Assembly: GCA_902778125.1 (NCBI GenBank)
Contig: CACYWH010000002.1
Location: 974 to 64,973, forward strand
DNA from: an uncultured Erysipelotrichaceae bacterium
GTDB taxonomy: Bacteria > Bacillota_I > Bacilli_A > RF39 > UBA660
DNA length: 64,000 nt
Direction of reading: 5' to 3'
Numbering within the stretch: position 1 is the stretch's first letter; every line of letters starts with the position of its first letter. Made by a program: the position numbers and the translations under genes. A model generated the notes under the pieces. It saw only the letters and a list, made by a program, of their open reading frames with translations, did not search any database and was not told the DNA's origin. This document shows positions 1-10,292 of the stretch, piece after piece.

Positions 1-496
1 TAATACCATTAATACGATAATTATTGTATATGTCATTGTTTAAATAATTTGTTTTTCCTAATATAAATGCATATAAGTATCCATTCGTATCTATGCTATT
101 AATTCTATTAATAATGTAATTTTTAATTTTATACAAAATATTATTGTTTTTTCTTTTTAATTTAATACTATCTATATTTAATATATAATTTTTTTTATTA
201 TGTTGAAGATATTTTTTATAATTAAATGTATTAGGAATTGTATTGTTACTGGGAACTTTTAATGAACCATCGATTGATAATTCATCATTTATTGAATAAT
301 TAAAGGATTCTTTTTCAAGTATATTTTTAAAATAATACACTCCTATAATTTCATCAAAAAAATCGATACTTAATTTATCCCCATCTATTTTATAATCTTT
401 TATTTTTAAATTAAACTTTGTACAATTTGTACTATATTTAGACTCATTTTTATATAAATTAATATAAACAACAATATATATAATAGAAAAAAGCAA
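1..496 (-). CDS. comEC: ComEC/Rec2 competence channel, N-terminal fragment (continues beyond the window start)
   Basis: This frame is not in the ORF track. It is open on the minus strand from about 496 to position 1. It translates as LILLLFSIIYIVVYINLY (one TM helix), then ...FNYKKYLQHNKKNYIL...FILGKTNYLNNDIYNNYRINGI, which is typical of the ComEC OB-fold region. It lies directly downstream of comEA. The start is uncertain: TTG at 496 is the only candidate and has no clear SD. Confidence 0.55.
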   Translation of the reverse strand, partial: MLFSIIYIVVYINLYKNESKYSTNCTKFNLKIKDYKIDGDKLSIDFFDEIIGVYYFKNILEKESFNYSINDELSIDGSLKVPSNNTIPNTFNYKKYLQHNKKNYILNIDSIKLKRKNNNILYKIKNYIINRINSIDTNGYLYAFILGKTNYLNNDIYNNYRINGI

Positions 497-515
497 TAAT
501 ATTAAATATAAAGAA

Positions 516-1202
516 TCATATAGTAATATTTTCCTTAATTTTATTAAAAAGTGTCTCACTTATTCCATTTACCTTTTTAATATCATCAATGTTTGTAAAT
601 AATCCATTATTATTTCTATATTCAATTATTGATTTAGCTTTTGATTCTCCAATTCCACTAAGTTTCATTAAATCTTCTACAGATGCTGTATTAATATTAA
701 TTTTTCCATTATTATTTTCATTTTCTTTATAACACGCATCATTTTTAATTTCCTCACATACGCAAGGTGTTTCAACATAAATAATATCTTTTTTATTTGC
801 TTTTTCTATTTCTTCATTAGTATATACGACAATAGCATCTCCATCTTTTAACTCTTTAGATAAATTAATAAATCTCGTATTAGCATTTTTTAATAGACCA
901 CCAGCTACATTAATTACATCCATAACTCTAGAACCAGCTATAATTTTATAAACATTAGGATTTTTAACTGCACCTTTAACATCTACATATATGTATTCCT
1001 CTTTCTTATCTTCAACTATATAATTATCTAATTCTATATTATCTTTTTCTATAGTTTTTTCTTCACATACCAGTTTATTATCTAAAATGTAATTGATTAT
1101 CAAAAACTGACCTGCATATAAAGCAATTAATCCAACAAACATTATTAATCTTAGTGAATTATTAATAATATATTTATAAATATTATCTATAATCTTTTTC
1201 AT
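516..1202 (-). CDS. comEA: ComEA DNA receptor (N-terminal TM helix, SLBB-like domain, C-terminal tandem helix-hairpin-helix)
   Basis: The C-terminus reads ININTASVEDLMKLSGIGESKAKSIIEYRNNNGLFTNIDDIKKVNGISETLFNKI, an HhH motif pair. SD AGGAGG lies 8 nt upstream of the ATG. Confidence 0.85.
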   Translation of the reverse strand: MKKIIDNIYKYIINNSLRLIMFVGLIALYAGQFLIINYILDNKLVCEEKTIEKDNIELDNYIVEDKKEEYIYVDVKGAVKNPNVYKIIAGSRVMDVINVAGGLLKNANTRFINLSKELKDGDAIVVYTNEEIEKANKKDIIYVETPCVCEEIKNDACYKENENNNGKININTASVEDLMKLSGIGESKAKSIIEYRNNNGLFTNIDDIKKVNGISETLFNKIKENITI

Positions 1203-1252
1203 ATTTATTACCTCCTATTATAATAATTAGAAAGTAATAAATAAAACACTAC

Positions 1253-1280
1253 AAAAAAAGAACTTTTTTAAAAGTTCTTT
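1253..1280 (-). terminator. Rho-independent terminator after the thioester adhesin gene
   Basis: The stem AAGAACTTTT/AAAAGTTCTT is followed by a T7 run on the minus strand. Confidence 0.6.
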
Positions 1281-1285
1281 TATAA

Positions 1286-2977
1286 TTATAATTCAACTTT
1301 CTTATTAGTATAACTTAATAATAAATATCCTAAAGAGAATACAATTAAAGTCATAATGAATAAAGAAGCTATGTTAATTAAACCAGTATGAACATTCATA
1401 GTAATCTTATATTCATCTTGAGCAGTTACAACCTCTACTTTTCCACCGCTAGCAACATTTTGTGTAAGAGGATTAACTGAATGATAAATTCTACCTCTAT
1501 TAGATTCATAAGTTATTCCCTCAGAAGTTTTAGCTACAATATATATTCTATCAGAAGAATATTTAATCTTTTTATCAACAAGTACATAAAATTCTTCGCC
1601 TTCTTTAATAGAACTAATTGCAGTCATTGAAGCATTTACAATTTTTATTCCATTAACATTACCTTTAACGCTTAAACTAATATCGCCTGCAGTAACCATA
1701 TCACTAGTTACAGTATATGGACCATATTGAATTGTTGAATCACTCTCTTCTTTAATTTCCTTAGAACCAGGTTTGTTTATCTTTAAAGTTTTTCCAAAAG
1801 TATTATTTGTAGCATTATAATCATTATATTCATCTCTATCTTTAATTAGATATTGATATAATTTGTTTAATTCTACTACTTTATCAGAATTGCTAGCATC
1901 AGTACTAACTAATTCATTTCCAATTGGATGATTAGTAATCTTCTTGTCAAGAGCGTGCCATATTGCATATTGAATTGTTGAATAAACATAATTTTCAACC
2001 TTTTCATCATCTGTTAAAGCATCATTTCCACCTAAACTTAAAACTTCTGTTCTTAAGTTAGATCCAATAACACCAGCAGCTTTAAATAACTTATCAAGTT
2101 CTATAGAAGGATAACTATGTTCAATTATCCATAAAACATGATTATTTTCAGCATTGCTTTCCATGTTAGCAGTTACATATTTATCAAAATGAATATTTTC
2201 ATTAGATAATTTTAGTGAATAAACATTTCCAGCTCCAGTAATTCCAAAAGCGCTATTAATATCAGCACCAGTAATGTGATTATTACCACCATCAGGATTA
2301 AGTGCAAATTCAGTTACTCCTACTTTTATTTCTGGATCACCATTGGTAGCTTTATAAGATAAAATTTTAGTTAACAATGTTCTATAAACAGTTGGATCAC
2401 TTGTATTGTATCCATCAGGTAAAGTATAAGTAACTCTATAATCTCCTTCACCTTTTAATTTTTTTAATAATTCATAATATTCAGCATTATATCCATCAGA
2501 TTTGCTACTATCTAAACCAGCATTTAATAAAGCAGCAATTATAACTTCGTCAAATATTTCTTTATCAATATCTCCACTTCCTGCAGCAGCCAATACATTA
2601 GCAATATTGGACATTGCAGAAATACCATGTATTGGATAATGTACATTTGGATCTAAACAATAAGCAGTAAACCAGTTATCAGTTAAATGTATTTTTCCTG
2701 TTTCATCATCAATCTTATAGTTAGTGGAAATTTTAATTTTTTCCATCCAATCCTTTGCTGGATAACTATCGTTTCCAGACTTAAATGATACCTTACTAAA
2801 ATCAAAATGATCAGCTTCACCTGATTCAGCAAGAATTCCATCTGTTGCACCATACATTATAGTACCAGGTTCTGGTGATTCACTAGGTGCTTTTGCCGTT
2901 TCTAATGCCTTAATGCCAAACATAAAAGCAAAGAAAACACTTAATATTAAAGTTAATGTTATAATACGTTTTTTCAT
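1286..2977 (-). CDS. Surface adhesin with a Cys-Gln thioester (TQxA-type) domain and an NVHTG sorting signal
   Basis: It has a signal peptide. The motifs FTAYCLDP (Cys), WIIEHSYP and STIQYAIWHAL (TQxA-like Gln) are present. The C-terminus carries NVHTG, a hydrophobic helix and a KKVEL tail. Confidence 0.6.
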   Translation of the reverse strand: MKKRIITLTLILSVFFAFMFGIKALETAKAPSESPEPGTIMYGATDGILAESGEADHFDFSKVSFKSGNDSYPAKDWMEKIKISTNYKIDDETGKIHLTDNWFTAYCLDPNVHYPIHGISAMSNIANVLAAAGSGDIDKEIFDEVIIAALLNAGLDSSKSDGYNAEYYELLKKLKGEGDYRVTYTLPDGYNTSDPTVYRTLLTKILSYKATNGDPEIKVGVTEFALNPDGGNNHITGADINSAFGITGAGNVYSLKLSNENIHFDKYVTANMESNAENNHVLWIIEHSYPSIELDKLFKAAGVIGSNLRTEVLSLGGNDALTDDEKVENYVYSTIQYAIWHALDKKITNHPIGNELVSTDASNSDKVVELNKLYQYLIKDRDEYNDYNATNNTFGKTLKINKPGSKEIKEESDSTIQYGPYTVTSDMVTAGDISLSVKGNVNGIKIVNASMTAISSIKEGEEFYVLVDKKIKYSSDRIYIVAKTSEGITYESNRGRIYHSVNPLTQNVASGGKVEVVTAQDEYKITMNVHTGLINIASLFIMTLIVFSLGYLLLSYTNKKVEL

Positions 2978-3072
2978 ATCAATCTCCTTCTATCATATAA
3001 ATACATTTTAGCATTTTTATGAATAAAGTTCAATAATATTTGTAAAATATGTAAATAAAAAAAGAAGAAAAA

Positions 3073-5265
3073 TTATTCTTCAGTATTTTTTCCTTTAATT
3101 TCTTCTTTAATTTCTTCTTTTTTAACTTCTTTTTTAGGTAATAATTCTTTACGAGATAAATTTAATTTACCCTTTCTATCATATCCAATAGCTTTAACAA
3201 CTATTTCATCACCAACTTTTAATATATCACTTGGATGATTTACTCTCTTATTATCTAGTTGACTTACATGAACTAATCCTTCACATCCAGGCCATAATTC
3301 AACAAAAGCACCAAAGTCTTCTATTTTAACTACTTTTACAGTATAAGTTGCACCAATTTCTACTTCTTTAACAATATCTTCTATCATAGAAATTGCTTTA
3401 TCTAATACTTCTTTCTTCATATGATAACAAATTACATTACCATCATCATCTATATCAATTTTAACTGCATCTTTATGATTTACAGATGGAACATTGCTTG
3501 ATTCTAAAATAATCTTCGTAATCGTATCTCCGCCTTTTCCAATTACATCTTTAATCTTATCAACTGCAATCTTCATTGTTCTAATCTTAGGAGCATATTC
3601 AGATAATTCTGGTCTAACTTCAGGTATAGTGTCTTCCATAACATCAAGTATCTTCATTCTAGCATTATGAGCTTTTTCAAGTGCTTCTTTTAATACTTCA
3701 CGAGTTACACCTTTAATTTTGATATCCATTTGTAAAGCAGTAATTCCTTCACGAGTACCTGCAACTTTAAAATCCATATCTCCCATATGATCCTCAAGTC
3801 CTTGAATATCTGTTAGTATTGTATATTTAGAATCACATGTACCATCTTCTGTAATAAGTCCCATTGCAATACCTGCTACTGGAGCTTTAATTGGTACACC
3901 AGCAGCCATTAATGACATACATCCTGCACAAATACTTGCTTGGCTAGATGAACCATTACTTTCTAATACTTCAGATACAACACGCACTGTATATGGAAAT
4001 TCTTCTTGACTAGGCATAACTTGTAATAAAGCACGTTCTGCTAAGGCACCATGACCAATTTCACGTCTTCCTGGACTTCCATATCTTCCAGTTTCACCAA
4101 CACTGAATGCAGGGAAATTATAATGGAAGATAAATTTCTTAGAATCTTCTAAGCTAAGTCCATCTAAAATTTGTTCTTCATTTTGAGCACCTAATGTTGT
4201 AATAGCAAGTGCTTGAGTTTGACCTCTAGTAAATAATGCACTACCATGTGTTCTTGGAAGTAAATCTACTGCAGCTGATAATTCTCTGATTTCATCCATT
4301 CCACGTCCATCAGGTCTTATATGTTCATTAGTAATTAATCTACGAACTTCAGCACCTTCAATTTCATCTGCAACTTTCTTAACTAATTTAAGATTTTCTT
4401 CTAGATTTTCTTCTCCTTCATGTCTTTCAGTATATTTTGTAATTGCTTCTTCTTTTACTTCATCTATTCTTGCATATTTCTCTAATTTGTCTTTAATTTG
4501 AATAGCAGCAATCATATCTTCTTTAATATCATTGTTTACTTCTTCTCTTAATTCATCTGGAATATTTGCAAGAACAACTTCTATTTTTTCTTCACCAATT
4601 TCACTAATAATATCACTTTGAATAGCACATAATTCTTTAACAGCTTCGTGTCCAAACATTAATGCTTCTAACATTTCTTCTTCACTAACTTGTTTAGAAC
4701 CACTTTCAACCATATTGATTGCATCTATTGTACCTGCTACTGTTAAATTAATAGTACTTCTTTCCATTTCTTCACAAGTTGGATTAATTTTTAATTCACC
4801 ATCAATTTTACCAACTATTACACCAGCAACTGGACCTTCAAATGGTATATTAGATATACCTAAACATAATGAAGTACCAAATAAAGCAGTCATTTCTGGT
4901 GTTCTATCAGGATCAACACTAAGTACTGTATTAACAACTTGTACCTCATTTCTAAAATTCTCATTAAACATTGGTCTAATTGGTCTATCAATTACTCTTG
5001 CAGTTAATGTAGCTGCATCTGTAGGTCTACCTTCTCTTTTAATAAATCCACCAGGTATTTTACCAACAGAATATAGTTTTTCTTGATATAAAATTGTTAA
5101 TGGGAAAAAATCAGCTGTAGATACATTATTACTCATAACACATGTTGATAAAATAACTGTATCATCATAACGAACTAATACAGCTCCTCTTGCTTGTTTA
5201 GCAAGTTCTCCATGCTCAACTACTATCTTCCTACCTTGAAAATCATATTCAAAAACTCTTTTCAT
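3073..5265 (-). CDS. pnp: Polyribonucleotide nucleotidyltransferase (PNPase)
   Basis: It shows full-length PNPase architecture: two RNase PH domains, KH and S1. The start was moved to MKRVFEYDF, behind the SD AGGAGG. Confidence 0.95.
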   Translation of the reverse strand: MKRVFEYDFQGRKIVVEHGELAKQARGAVLVRYDDTVILSTCVMSNNVSTADFFPLTILYQEKLYSVGKIPGGFIKREGRPTDAATLTARVIDRPIRPMFNENFRNEVQVVNTVLSVDPDRTPEMTALFGTSLCLGISNIPFEGPVAGVIVGKIDGELKINPTCEEMERSTINLTVAGTIDAINMVESGSKQVSEEEMLEALMFGHEAVKELCAIQSDIISEIGEEKIEVVLANIPDELREEVNNDIKEDMIAAIQIKDKLEKYARIDEVKEEAITKYTERHEGEENLEENLKLVKKVADEIEGAEVRRLITNEHIRPDGRGMDEIRELSAAVDLLPRTHGSALFTRGQTQALAITTLGAQNEEQILDGLSLEDSKKFIFHYNFPAFSVGETGRYGSPGRREIGHGALAERALLQVMPSQEEFPYTVRVVSEVLESNGSSSQASICAGCMSLMAAGVPIKAPVAGIAMGLITEDGTCDSKYTILTDIQGLEDHMGDMDFKVAGTREGITALQMDIKIKGVTREVLKEALEKAHNARMKILDVMEDTIPEVRPELSEYAPKIRTMKIAVDKIKDVIGKGGDTITKIILESSNVPSVNHKDAVKIDIDDDGNVICYHMKKEVLDKAISMIEDIVKEVEIGATYTVKVVKIEDFGAFVELWPGCEGLVHVSQLDNKRVNHPSDILKVGDEIVVKAIGYDRKGKLNLSRKELLPKKEVKKEEIKEEIKGKNTEE

Positions 5266-5302
5266 TACTCCTCCTAAAATAAAAGACACTTAAAACAAGT
5301 GC

Positions 5303-5572
5303 CTACTTTCTTAAATTTAATTTTGTTATAAGTTCACGATATCTTTGAACATCTTCACGTTTAAGATAATCTAATAAACTTTTTCTTTTACCTACCATTT
5401 GTAGTAAACCACGATTAGTATGATAATCATGTTTATGTTCTTTCATATGTTCAGTCAATTTATTAATTCTTTCAGTTAATAATGCTACTTGAACTTCAAC
5501 ACTTCCAGTATCATTTTTACTTCTCTTAAATTCACTAACAATAGAACTTTTAGTATCTTTAGATAATGCCAT
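5303..5572 (-). CDS. rpsO: 30S ribosomal protein S15
   Basis: The 89-aa product has the S15 sequence (...[15 protein letters not shown]...). It ends in TAG. Confidence 0.95.
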   Translation of the reverse strand: MALSKDTKSSIVSEFKRSKNDTGSVEVQVALLTERINKLTEHMKEHKHDYHTNRGLLQMVGKRKSLLDYLKREDVQRYRELITKLNLRK

Positions 5573-5660
5573 TTTAATTTCCTCCTTCTTCTAATATCCG
5601 TTAATTCTGAGTAAAGATACGAGGAATATCTAAACTAAGAAGAAACTTCTAATTAATAAT
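5573..5660 (-). promoter_or_regulatory. Candidate structured rpsO leader (S15 autoregulatory type)
   Basis: A TTGATT-17-TATTAT promoter lies upstream at about 5662-5690. In the leader, CTTCTT...ATATTCC can pair with GGATAT...AGAAGAAGG, and this pairing overlaps the SD. Confidence 0.3.
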
Positions 5661-5750
5661 ACTATAAAACTCAAATAAAATCAACCTTTTTTAACTATTT
5701 TACAATATTATTAATTTTCCACTAGATTATTTTTCTACTAATTTGAATGT

Positions 5751-5775
5751 AAAAAAATCTCAATTACTTGAGATT
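5751..5775 (-). terminator. Terminator of the TelA-cluster operon
   Basis: The stem AATCTCAA/TTGAGATT has a 4-nt loop and a T7 run. It overlaps the stop codon of the AAA+ gene. Confidence 0.7.
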
Positions 5776-7348
5776 AATTTATTAAGTTTTCTGAACTTAT
5801 ATCTTTTTTAGTAATAGTTTTTAATACTTTTTTAGATTTATTATTTTTAGTATTAGATGCATGTTTAATAATTGTTTTTTCATATACATTTCTCACAAAT
5901 CTTGCATTTCCAAAGTTTTCACTATTTCTATTTTCTTCTATAATTCTTCTAAGTTCAGTGTGAGCTTCTTCTAGAACTTCAAACCCAGCTTTTTTCATCA
6001 TTCCATCAAATATGGCCACTAACTCATCTGTTGTATAATCATCAAATGTTAATGTATAACCTATTCTTGATGCTATACCTGAGTTAGCATTTAAGAATGA
6101 TTGCATTTCTTTTGTATAACCAGCAAATATTACTACTAAGTTATCTCTATTGTTTTCCATTTCAGCAATCAAAGTTCCAATAGCATCATCATTATATGAA
6201 TTATTTTTATCTCCAAGCATATAGGCTTCATCTATAAATAAAACTCCACCTTTAGCCTTCTTAATAACTTCATTTGTCTTAATAGCAGTTTGTCCAACAT
6301 ATTCTGCTATTAAATCTTTACTAGTTACTTCAATTAATTTATTTTCCTTAATATAGTGTAAATTATAAAGTATTCCACATAATAATCTAGCAATAGTTGT
6401 TTTACCAGTTCCTGGATTACCTAAAAATATCATATGAAGATTTACTGAACCTATTTTTAAAGTTCCATCACTCTTTTCTTTTAATTTCATTAAATCTACT
6501 AAATCGTATAAAGTCTTCTTAACTTTTGAAAGTCCAACTAATTCATTTAAACTTTCAAATATTTCATCAATAGATTTTTCTTCTTTAATAACTGGTACAT
6601 CATTATTAAGTAATATATAATTTATTAAATTGTTTTTATAAGTTTCTGAATCTAGTTCACTCTTATCATAAGTTAAAGATATATAATCAAGTAACTTTAT
6701 TTTTAATTCTTCATCTGCAGTAGTGCTTTCTAATATTTCATTATATAGAACAGATTTATCTTGCTTTTCTTCTACTAATTTAAATACAAAATATTTGTTT
6801 TTTAAATCCAAATTATAACTAAATAAACTATTAAGTTCATTTTCATTAGAACAAGTAATTATACTGATGTTTTTATTATTTTCAATATTATCTTCAAGAC
6901 TATGCATATATTTTTGCTTATCAGTAGTACTTTCTAATTCTAAACCATTTATATCTTTTAAAACAACAATATTATTATCTTTATATACTTTATCAAAAAT
7001 ATTTTCTTCAAGTTTAAATAAAGATAAATATGTTTCTTTAGTATCACTTAAATACTTACTTTTATTAACAACTGATTTTAATATTTTTACAATTGATTCA
7101 ACTGTACTATTAGTTAAACTTACAATACATATATTAAATGGTATATATTTTTTATCAGCTGTATAATTATCAATATAATTAACAATTTTTTTAAACATTA
7201 ATTTGGATTCATCACTAATAAATAATTTGTTTATTTCTTCATCATAATCTAAATTAATTATTTCTTCTTTATCTAGTTCTTTTTTTCTTTGCTCATAATC
7301 ACCAAAGAAATCTTTATAAATATCATTTAAATATTTTTCTGAATTCAT
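5774..7348 (-). CDS. AAA+ ATPase of the CbbX/SpoVK/EccA type with a roughly 270-aa uncharacterised N-terminal region
   Basis: Walker A is LGNPGTGKTT and Walker B is VLFIDEAY. The SpoVK-like context reads LIEVTSKDLIAEYVGQTAIKT. Confidence 0.75.
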   Translation of the reverse strand: MNSEKYLNDIYKDFFGDYEQRKKELDKEEIINLDYDEEINKLFISDESKLMFKKIVNYIDNYTADKKYIPFNICIVSLTNSTVESIVKILKSVVNKSKYLSDTKETYLSLFKLEENIFDKVYKDNNIVVLKDINGLELESTTDKQKYMHSLEDNIENNKNISIITCSNENELNSLFSYNLDLKNKYFVFKLVEEKQDKSVLYNEILESTTADEELKIKLLDYISLTYDKSELDSETYKNNLINYILLNNDVPVIKEEKSIDEIFESLNELVGLSKVKKTLYDLVDLMKLKEKSDGTLKIGSVNLHMIFLGNPGTGKTTIARLLCGILYNLHYIKENKLIEVTSKDLIAEYVGQTAIKTNEVIKKAKGGVLFIDEAYMLGDKNNSYNDDAIGTLIAEMENNRDNLVVIFAGYTKEMQSFLNANSGIASRIGYTLTFDDYTTDELVAIFDGMMKKAGFEVLEEAHTELRRIIEENRNSENFGNARFVRNVYEKTIIKHASNTKNNKSKKVLKTITKKDISSENLIN

Positions 7349-7356
7349 TTGTAACC

Positions 7357-8502
7357 CTACTTAACATTAATTTCTAATAATTTACCTTTTAATTCTTTTT
7401 CTAAAGTTTCAAGTTCTTTTTCACTTTCTTGTCTCTTAATACGTCCATTCTTATGGATTTCAACAACTTTATTTAATGTATCAATAATATCTTGATTTGT
7501 TTTTCTAAGCGTTTCAATATCAACAATTGCTCTTTCAGATTCTTCTGCAATTTTAATTGAACCTTGTTTTAAAGTTTCGCTATTTTTCTTAAGCATATCA
7601 TTTGTTAATTCAGATACTGCTTTTTGACTTTCTAGTGCAACTTTAGCTCTATTGATACCAAGAGCAAGAACCATTTGATTTTTCCATAATGGAATTGTAT
7701 TTGTAATAGAACTTTGTATTTTTTCTACAAGTTCTGCTTCATTACTTTGTAACAATCTAATTTGAGGAGCCATTTGAATAGATATTAATCTTGTAGTTTT
7801 TAAATCATATAGCTTTTTCTCAAATCTATTAATAATATTTTCCATATCATTAACTTTTTGAATATCTAGTTGATCTCCTGATAATTTAGCTTTTTCTTGT
7901 AATTCAGGTAAAACTTTTTCTCTTAATTCTTCAAGTTTCTTTTCACCAGCAATAATATATAATGATATTTCTTTAAAATATTCCAAATTCTTATCATACA
8001 TATTATCAAATAAAGTTATATCTTTTAACATTTGTAATTTTTGTTTTTCTAAAGAATTTTCAATAGAATCAACATTCTTTTCTACTTTATTATATCTGGC
8101 AATTAATTTGTTAACTTCTTTTTTAACACTTGAAAATATTTTTTCTAACACATTCATACTTTCAGTATCAGCTACTGCTTTATCAAAAGATTTTAATTCT
8201 GCAACTAATTTACTTAAATCTTCTCCTACTTCACCAGTATCTTTTGTTCTTACATTTTCTAGTATTTCATCTGAGAATTTAGAAATTTTATTTTGCGCTG
8301 CGGCACCAAATTGAAGAATTTGAGTATTATCAAAAACGTCAATTTTATCATTAAATTCTTTTATCGCATCTTTTTCTTCTTTAGTTAACAAATCATAATT
8401 TAATGAGTCTTCAATTTTTTCTTCAGTAACCTTCTTTTCACCAACTAACTCTTCTACTTTTTTATTCTTTTTTTCATCAAAATTGATTTTTAATTCATTC
8501 AT
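7357..8502 (-). CDS. telA: TelA-family toxic anion resistance protein
   Basis: The N-terminal signature ILQFGAAAQNKISKFSDEILENVRTKDTGEVGEDLSKL is followed by a long coiled coil. SD is GGAGGG. Confidence 0.8.
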   Translation of the reverse strand: MNELKINFDEKKNKKVEELVGEKKVTEEKIEDSLNYDLLTKEEKDAIKEFNDKIDVFDNTQILQFGAAAQNKISKFSDEILENVRTKDTGEVGEDLSKLVAELKSFDKAVADTESMNVLEKIFSSVKKEVNKLIARYNKVEKNVDSIENSLEKQKLQMLKDITLFDNMYDKNLEYFKEISLYIIAGEKKLEELREKVLPELQEKAKLSGDQLDIQKVNDMENIINRFEKKLYDLKTTRLISIQMAPQIRLLQSNEAELVEKIQSSITNTIPLWKNQMVLALGINRAKVALESQKAVSELTNDMLKKNSETLKQGSIKIAEESERAIVDIETLRKTNQDIIDTLNKVVEIHKNGRIKRQESEKELETLEKELKGKLLEINVK

Positions 8503-8514
8503 ATTTACCCTCCA

Positions 8515-9678
8515 TTATTTTAAATAATCAATTAATTTATTATAAGTATCCATCTTCAAACTAGTTACTGTACTAGTAATAGATTTTGGAACCGCAATTC
8601 CAAGACCAGATACATCATAAACACCGCCAGTAATACCCATTCTAAATCCATATTTTGACCAAGCAATCTGTTGAATTTCTTCATCTTCAAATGCTTTATA
8701 TAATTTTTTACCTTCCTCAGTAAAAATTGCTAAGCAGTGAGAATTCCAAATCGTAGGTGCTGGATATAAAATTCTTATATCATCTTTTACTTCATTAAAT
8801 CCATTTGGATTAGAATTTGCAAAATCTATAATACTCTTTTCATAATCAACTATCATAGGTTCTCCACCCATACCAGTCTTTAAATATCTTTCAAACAAGT
8901 CAGCAGGAGTATTATTCATATAACCAGATTTATTATAAAACTCCTTTAATTTTGGAAGATTTTTTTCAAGTGAATCACTATTTATATTTGCTTCACTTAG
9001 TATTGATAATAAAAGTCCATAATAAGTAGCTCCTGGAGAAGATGTAACCGGATCAGTTGATGCGATATTTATAGTACCATATAATTCTGAAATTCCAATA
9101 TCACTCCATTTTTTACCTGATAAAATATAATTCATAAGTTTATTCATATCAGTTATATAATATACACCATCAGTTTGAGTAACAATATTTTCTTTCATTA
9201 ATGCATCTACTATTTTACCCCAACTATAAATAACAATTGGTGTATTTAAAGTAAGACCACCTTCTAATACTGTATATCTATCTGCCTCATTTAATTCTTT
9301 ATTTGGTTGAAGTTTATAATAATCATAAAATCTTTGATCAGAAGTAAATAATACATCGTATTTAGAAGCTTCTTCACTCCTAATAGTTAAATCACTATAA
9401 TTAGTATTACCAATACCTATACTTTCTCTTATTAAAGGAAGCGCTACTGTTTTACCATTACTCCACGTATCATAAACAACATTTAATTTATATTTTTTCT
9501 TTAATATTTGATTAATTCTTTCATCAGCTAGAAAATCTTCTTTTCCACCTCCAGTAGCAACATATATTGTTGTTAAATTTGATACAGATAATGTATCACT
9601 TGTGAAAAACTTATAACCAATTACTCCAGCTATTATTAATACAAATATTATAATACCTATTATTTGTTTTTTATTCAT
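8515..9678 (-). CDS. Membrane-anchored periplasmic-binding-protein-like protein
   Basis: It has an N-terminal TM helix. The PBP-like body is a paralog of the N-terminal domain of the vWA protein at 10293-11897. SD AGGAGG lies inside the upstream gene's end, with an 8-nt overlap. Confidence 0.5.
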   Translation of the reverse strand: MNKKQIIGIIIFVLIIAGVIGYKFFTSDTLSVSNLTTIYVATGGGKEDFLADERINQILKKKYKLNVVYDTWSNGKTVALPLIRESIGIGNTNYSDLTIRSEEASKYDVLFTSDQRFYDYYKLQPNKELNEADRYTVLEGGLTLNTPIVIYSWGKIVDALMKENIVTQTDGVYYITDMNKLMNYILSGKKWSDIGISELYGTINIASTDPVTSSPGATYYGLLLSILSEANINSDSLEKNLPKLKEFYNKSGYMNNTPADLFERYLKTGMGGEPMIVDYEKSIIDFANSNPNGFNEVKDDIRILYPAPTIWNSHCLAIFTEEGKKLYKAFEDEEIQQIAWSKYGFRMGITGGVYDVSGLGIAVPKSITSTVTSLKMDTYNKLIDYLK

Positions 9679-10291
9679 TATTATCCTCCTTAGTATTTAA
9701 TTCACTAAATCCATCGCTTTTAAGTATTGTATTTAATACCTTCATATCAGCAGTTGCATTTTCAATATCACTTTCATATAAATTATTTAATATCTTTTTA
9801 AATGATTTGTCAATTTCTTCTAATGTTTCTCTTGATTTCTCAAAAAAGTCTTTTGCATCTTTACTTGATAACCTTTGATTCTCGATTTCATCATATTTTT
9901 GAACTATACCAACTGTTATTGGTAAATAATATGTCCAGAACTTTTGAGTTTGTTTTATTTTATTTTTATTTTTTGAAACAGTACTTATTATTTTGGCAGT
10001 AGTACTATTAATACTTCTTAAGTACCTTTGAACCACTTCATCATCAATTTTAGGTACCATATCTAAAATATATTTATTCTTGTTTTTAGCATCATTTAAT
10101 ACTTGTTCTGCATTTTTTTCATCTATTTTATCAAAAACAACAAACTGTGTTTTACTCATGACAAGTTCACTACCTAAAAATGCAAAGGCTCCAACTACAA
10201 TTGAAGGAATTATAGGTATTCCAACTGCTAAAAATGATGCCGCGAAGAATGAACCGCCTAAAATTCCTGATAACACTTCTTTGTTCTTCAT
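9671..10291 (-). CDS. XpaC-like (5-bromo-4-chloroindolyl phosphate hydrolysis family) membrane protein
   Basis: Two N-terminal TM helices (LSGILGGSFFAASFLAVGIPIIPSIVVGAFAFLGSELV) precede a helical tail. It is adjacent to telA, as in the B. subtilis xpaC-yaaN pair. Confidence 0.55.
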   Translation of the reverse strand: MKNKEVLSGILGGSFFAASFLAVGIPIIPSIVVGAFAFLGSELVMSKTQFVVFDKIDEKNAEQVLNDAKNKNKYILDMVPKIDDEVVQRYLRSINSTTAKIISTVSKNKNKIKQTQKFWTYYLPITVGIVQKYDEIENQRLSSKDAKDFFEKSRETLEEIDKSFKKILNNLYESDIENATADMKVLNTILKSDGFSELNTKEDNNE

Positions 10292-10292
10292 T

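Noticed and set aside
516-518. Mollicutes-type code 4 (TGA read as Trp), considered because the DNA is very AT-rich.
   Set aside because: comEA and other genes end at TGA at their expected lengths. All conserved genes are full length under code 11 with no need for internal TGA readthrough.
4715-5086. ORFs in the track that lie antisense to, or nested inside, well-supported genes. They are 4715-5086, 6867-7166, 8108-8314, 9802-10002, 10080-10463, 11401-11670, 12775-12987, 14249-14470, 14608-14901, 14916-15176, 15802-15984, 20424-20609, 22024-22254, 22747-22992, 30730-30990, 31729-31953, 36231-36446, 36684-37169, 38473-38667, 39064-39279, 39381-39602, 40249-40506, 41451-41636, 42312-42593, 42596-42787, 43355-43618, 46486-46674, 50525-50743, 51281-51604, 52053-52349, 52737-52970, 53811-54347, 55065-55367, 57705-57905 and 58897-59193.
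   Set aside because: All of them overlap strongly supported genes on the other strand or in another frame. They have low-complexity S/L/I/F-rich translations typical of shadow ORFs in AT-rich DNA, and they lack SD sequences.
5266-5289. N-terminal extensions in the ORF track for pnp, tuf, der, ssb, ezrA, the M16 genes, the MMPL gene, tetR, the RyR-domain gene, the lipoprotein at 59429, the XRE gene at 61541, the sufS-like gene, and the ORFs at 39359 and 39909.
   Set aside because: In each case a strong SD (AGGAGG-like) sits 5-9 nt before an internal ATG or GTG. That start matches the conserved N-terminus or the beginning of a signal peptide, and the extension has no SD.
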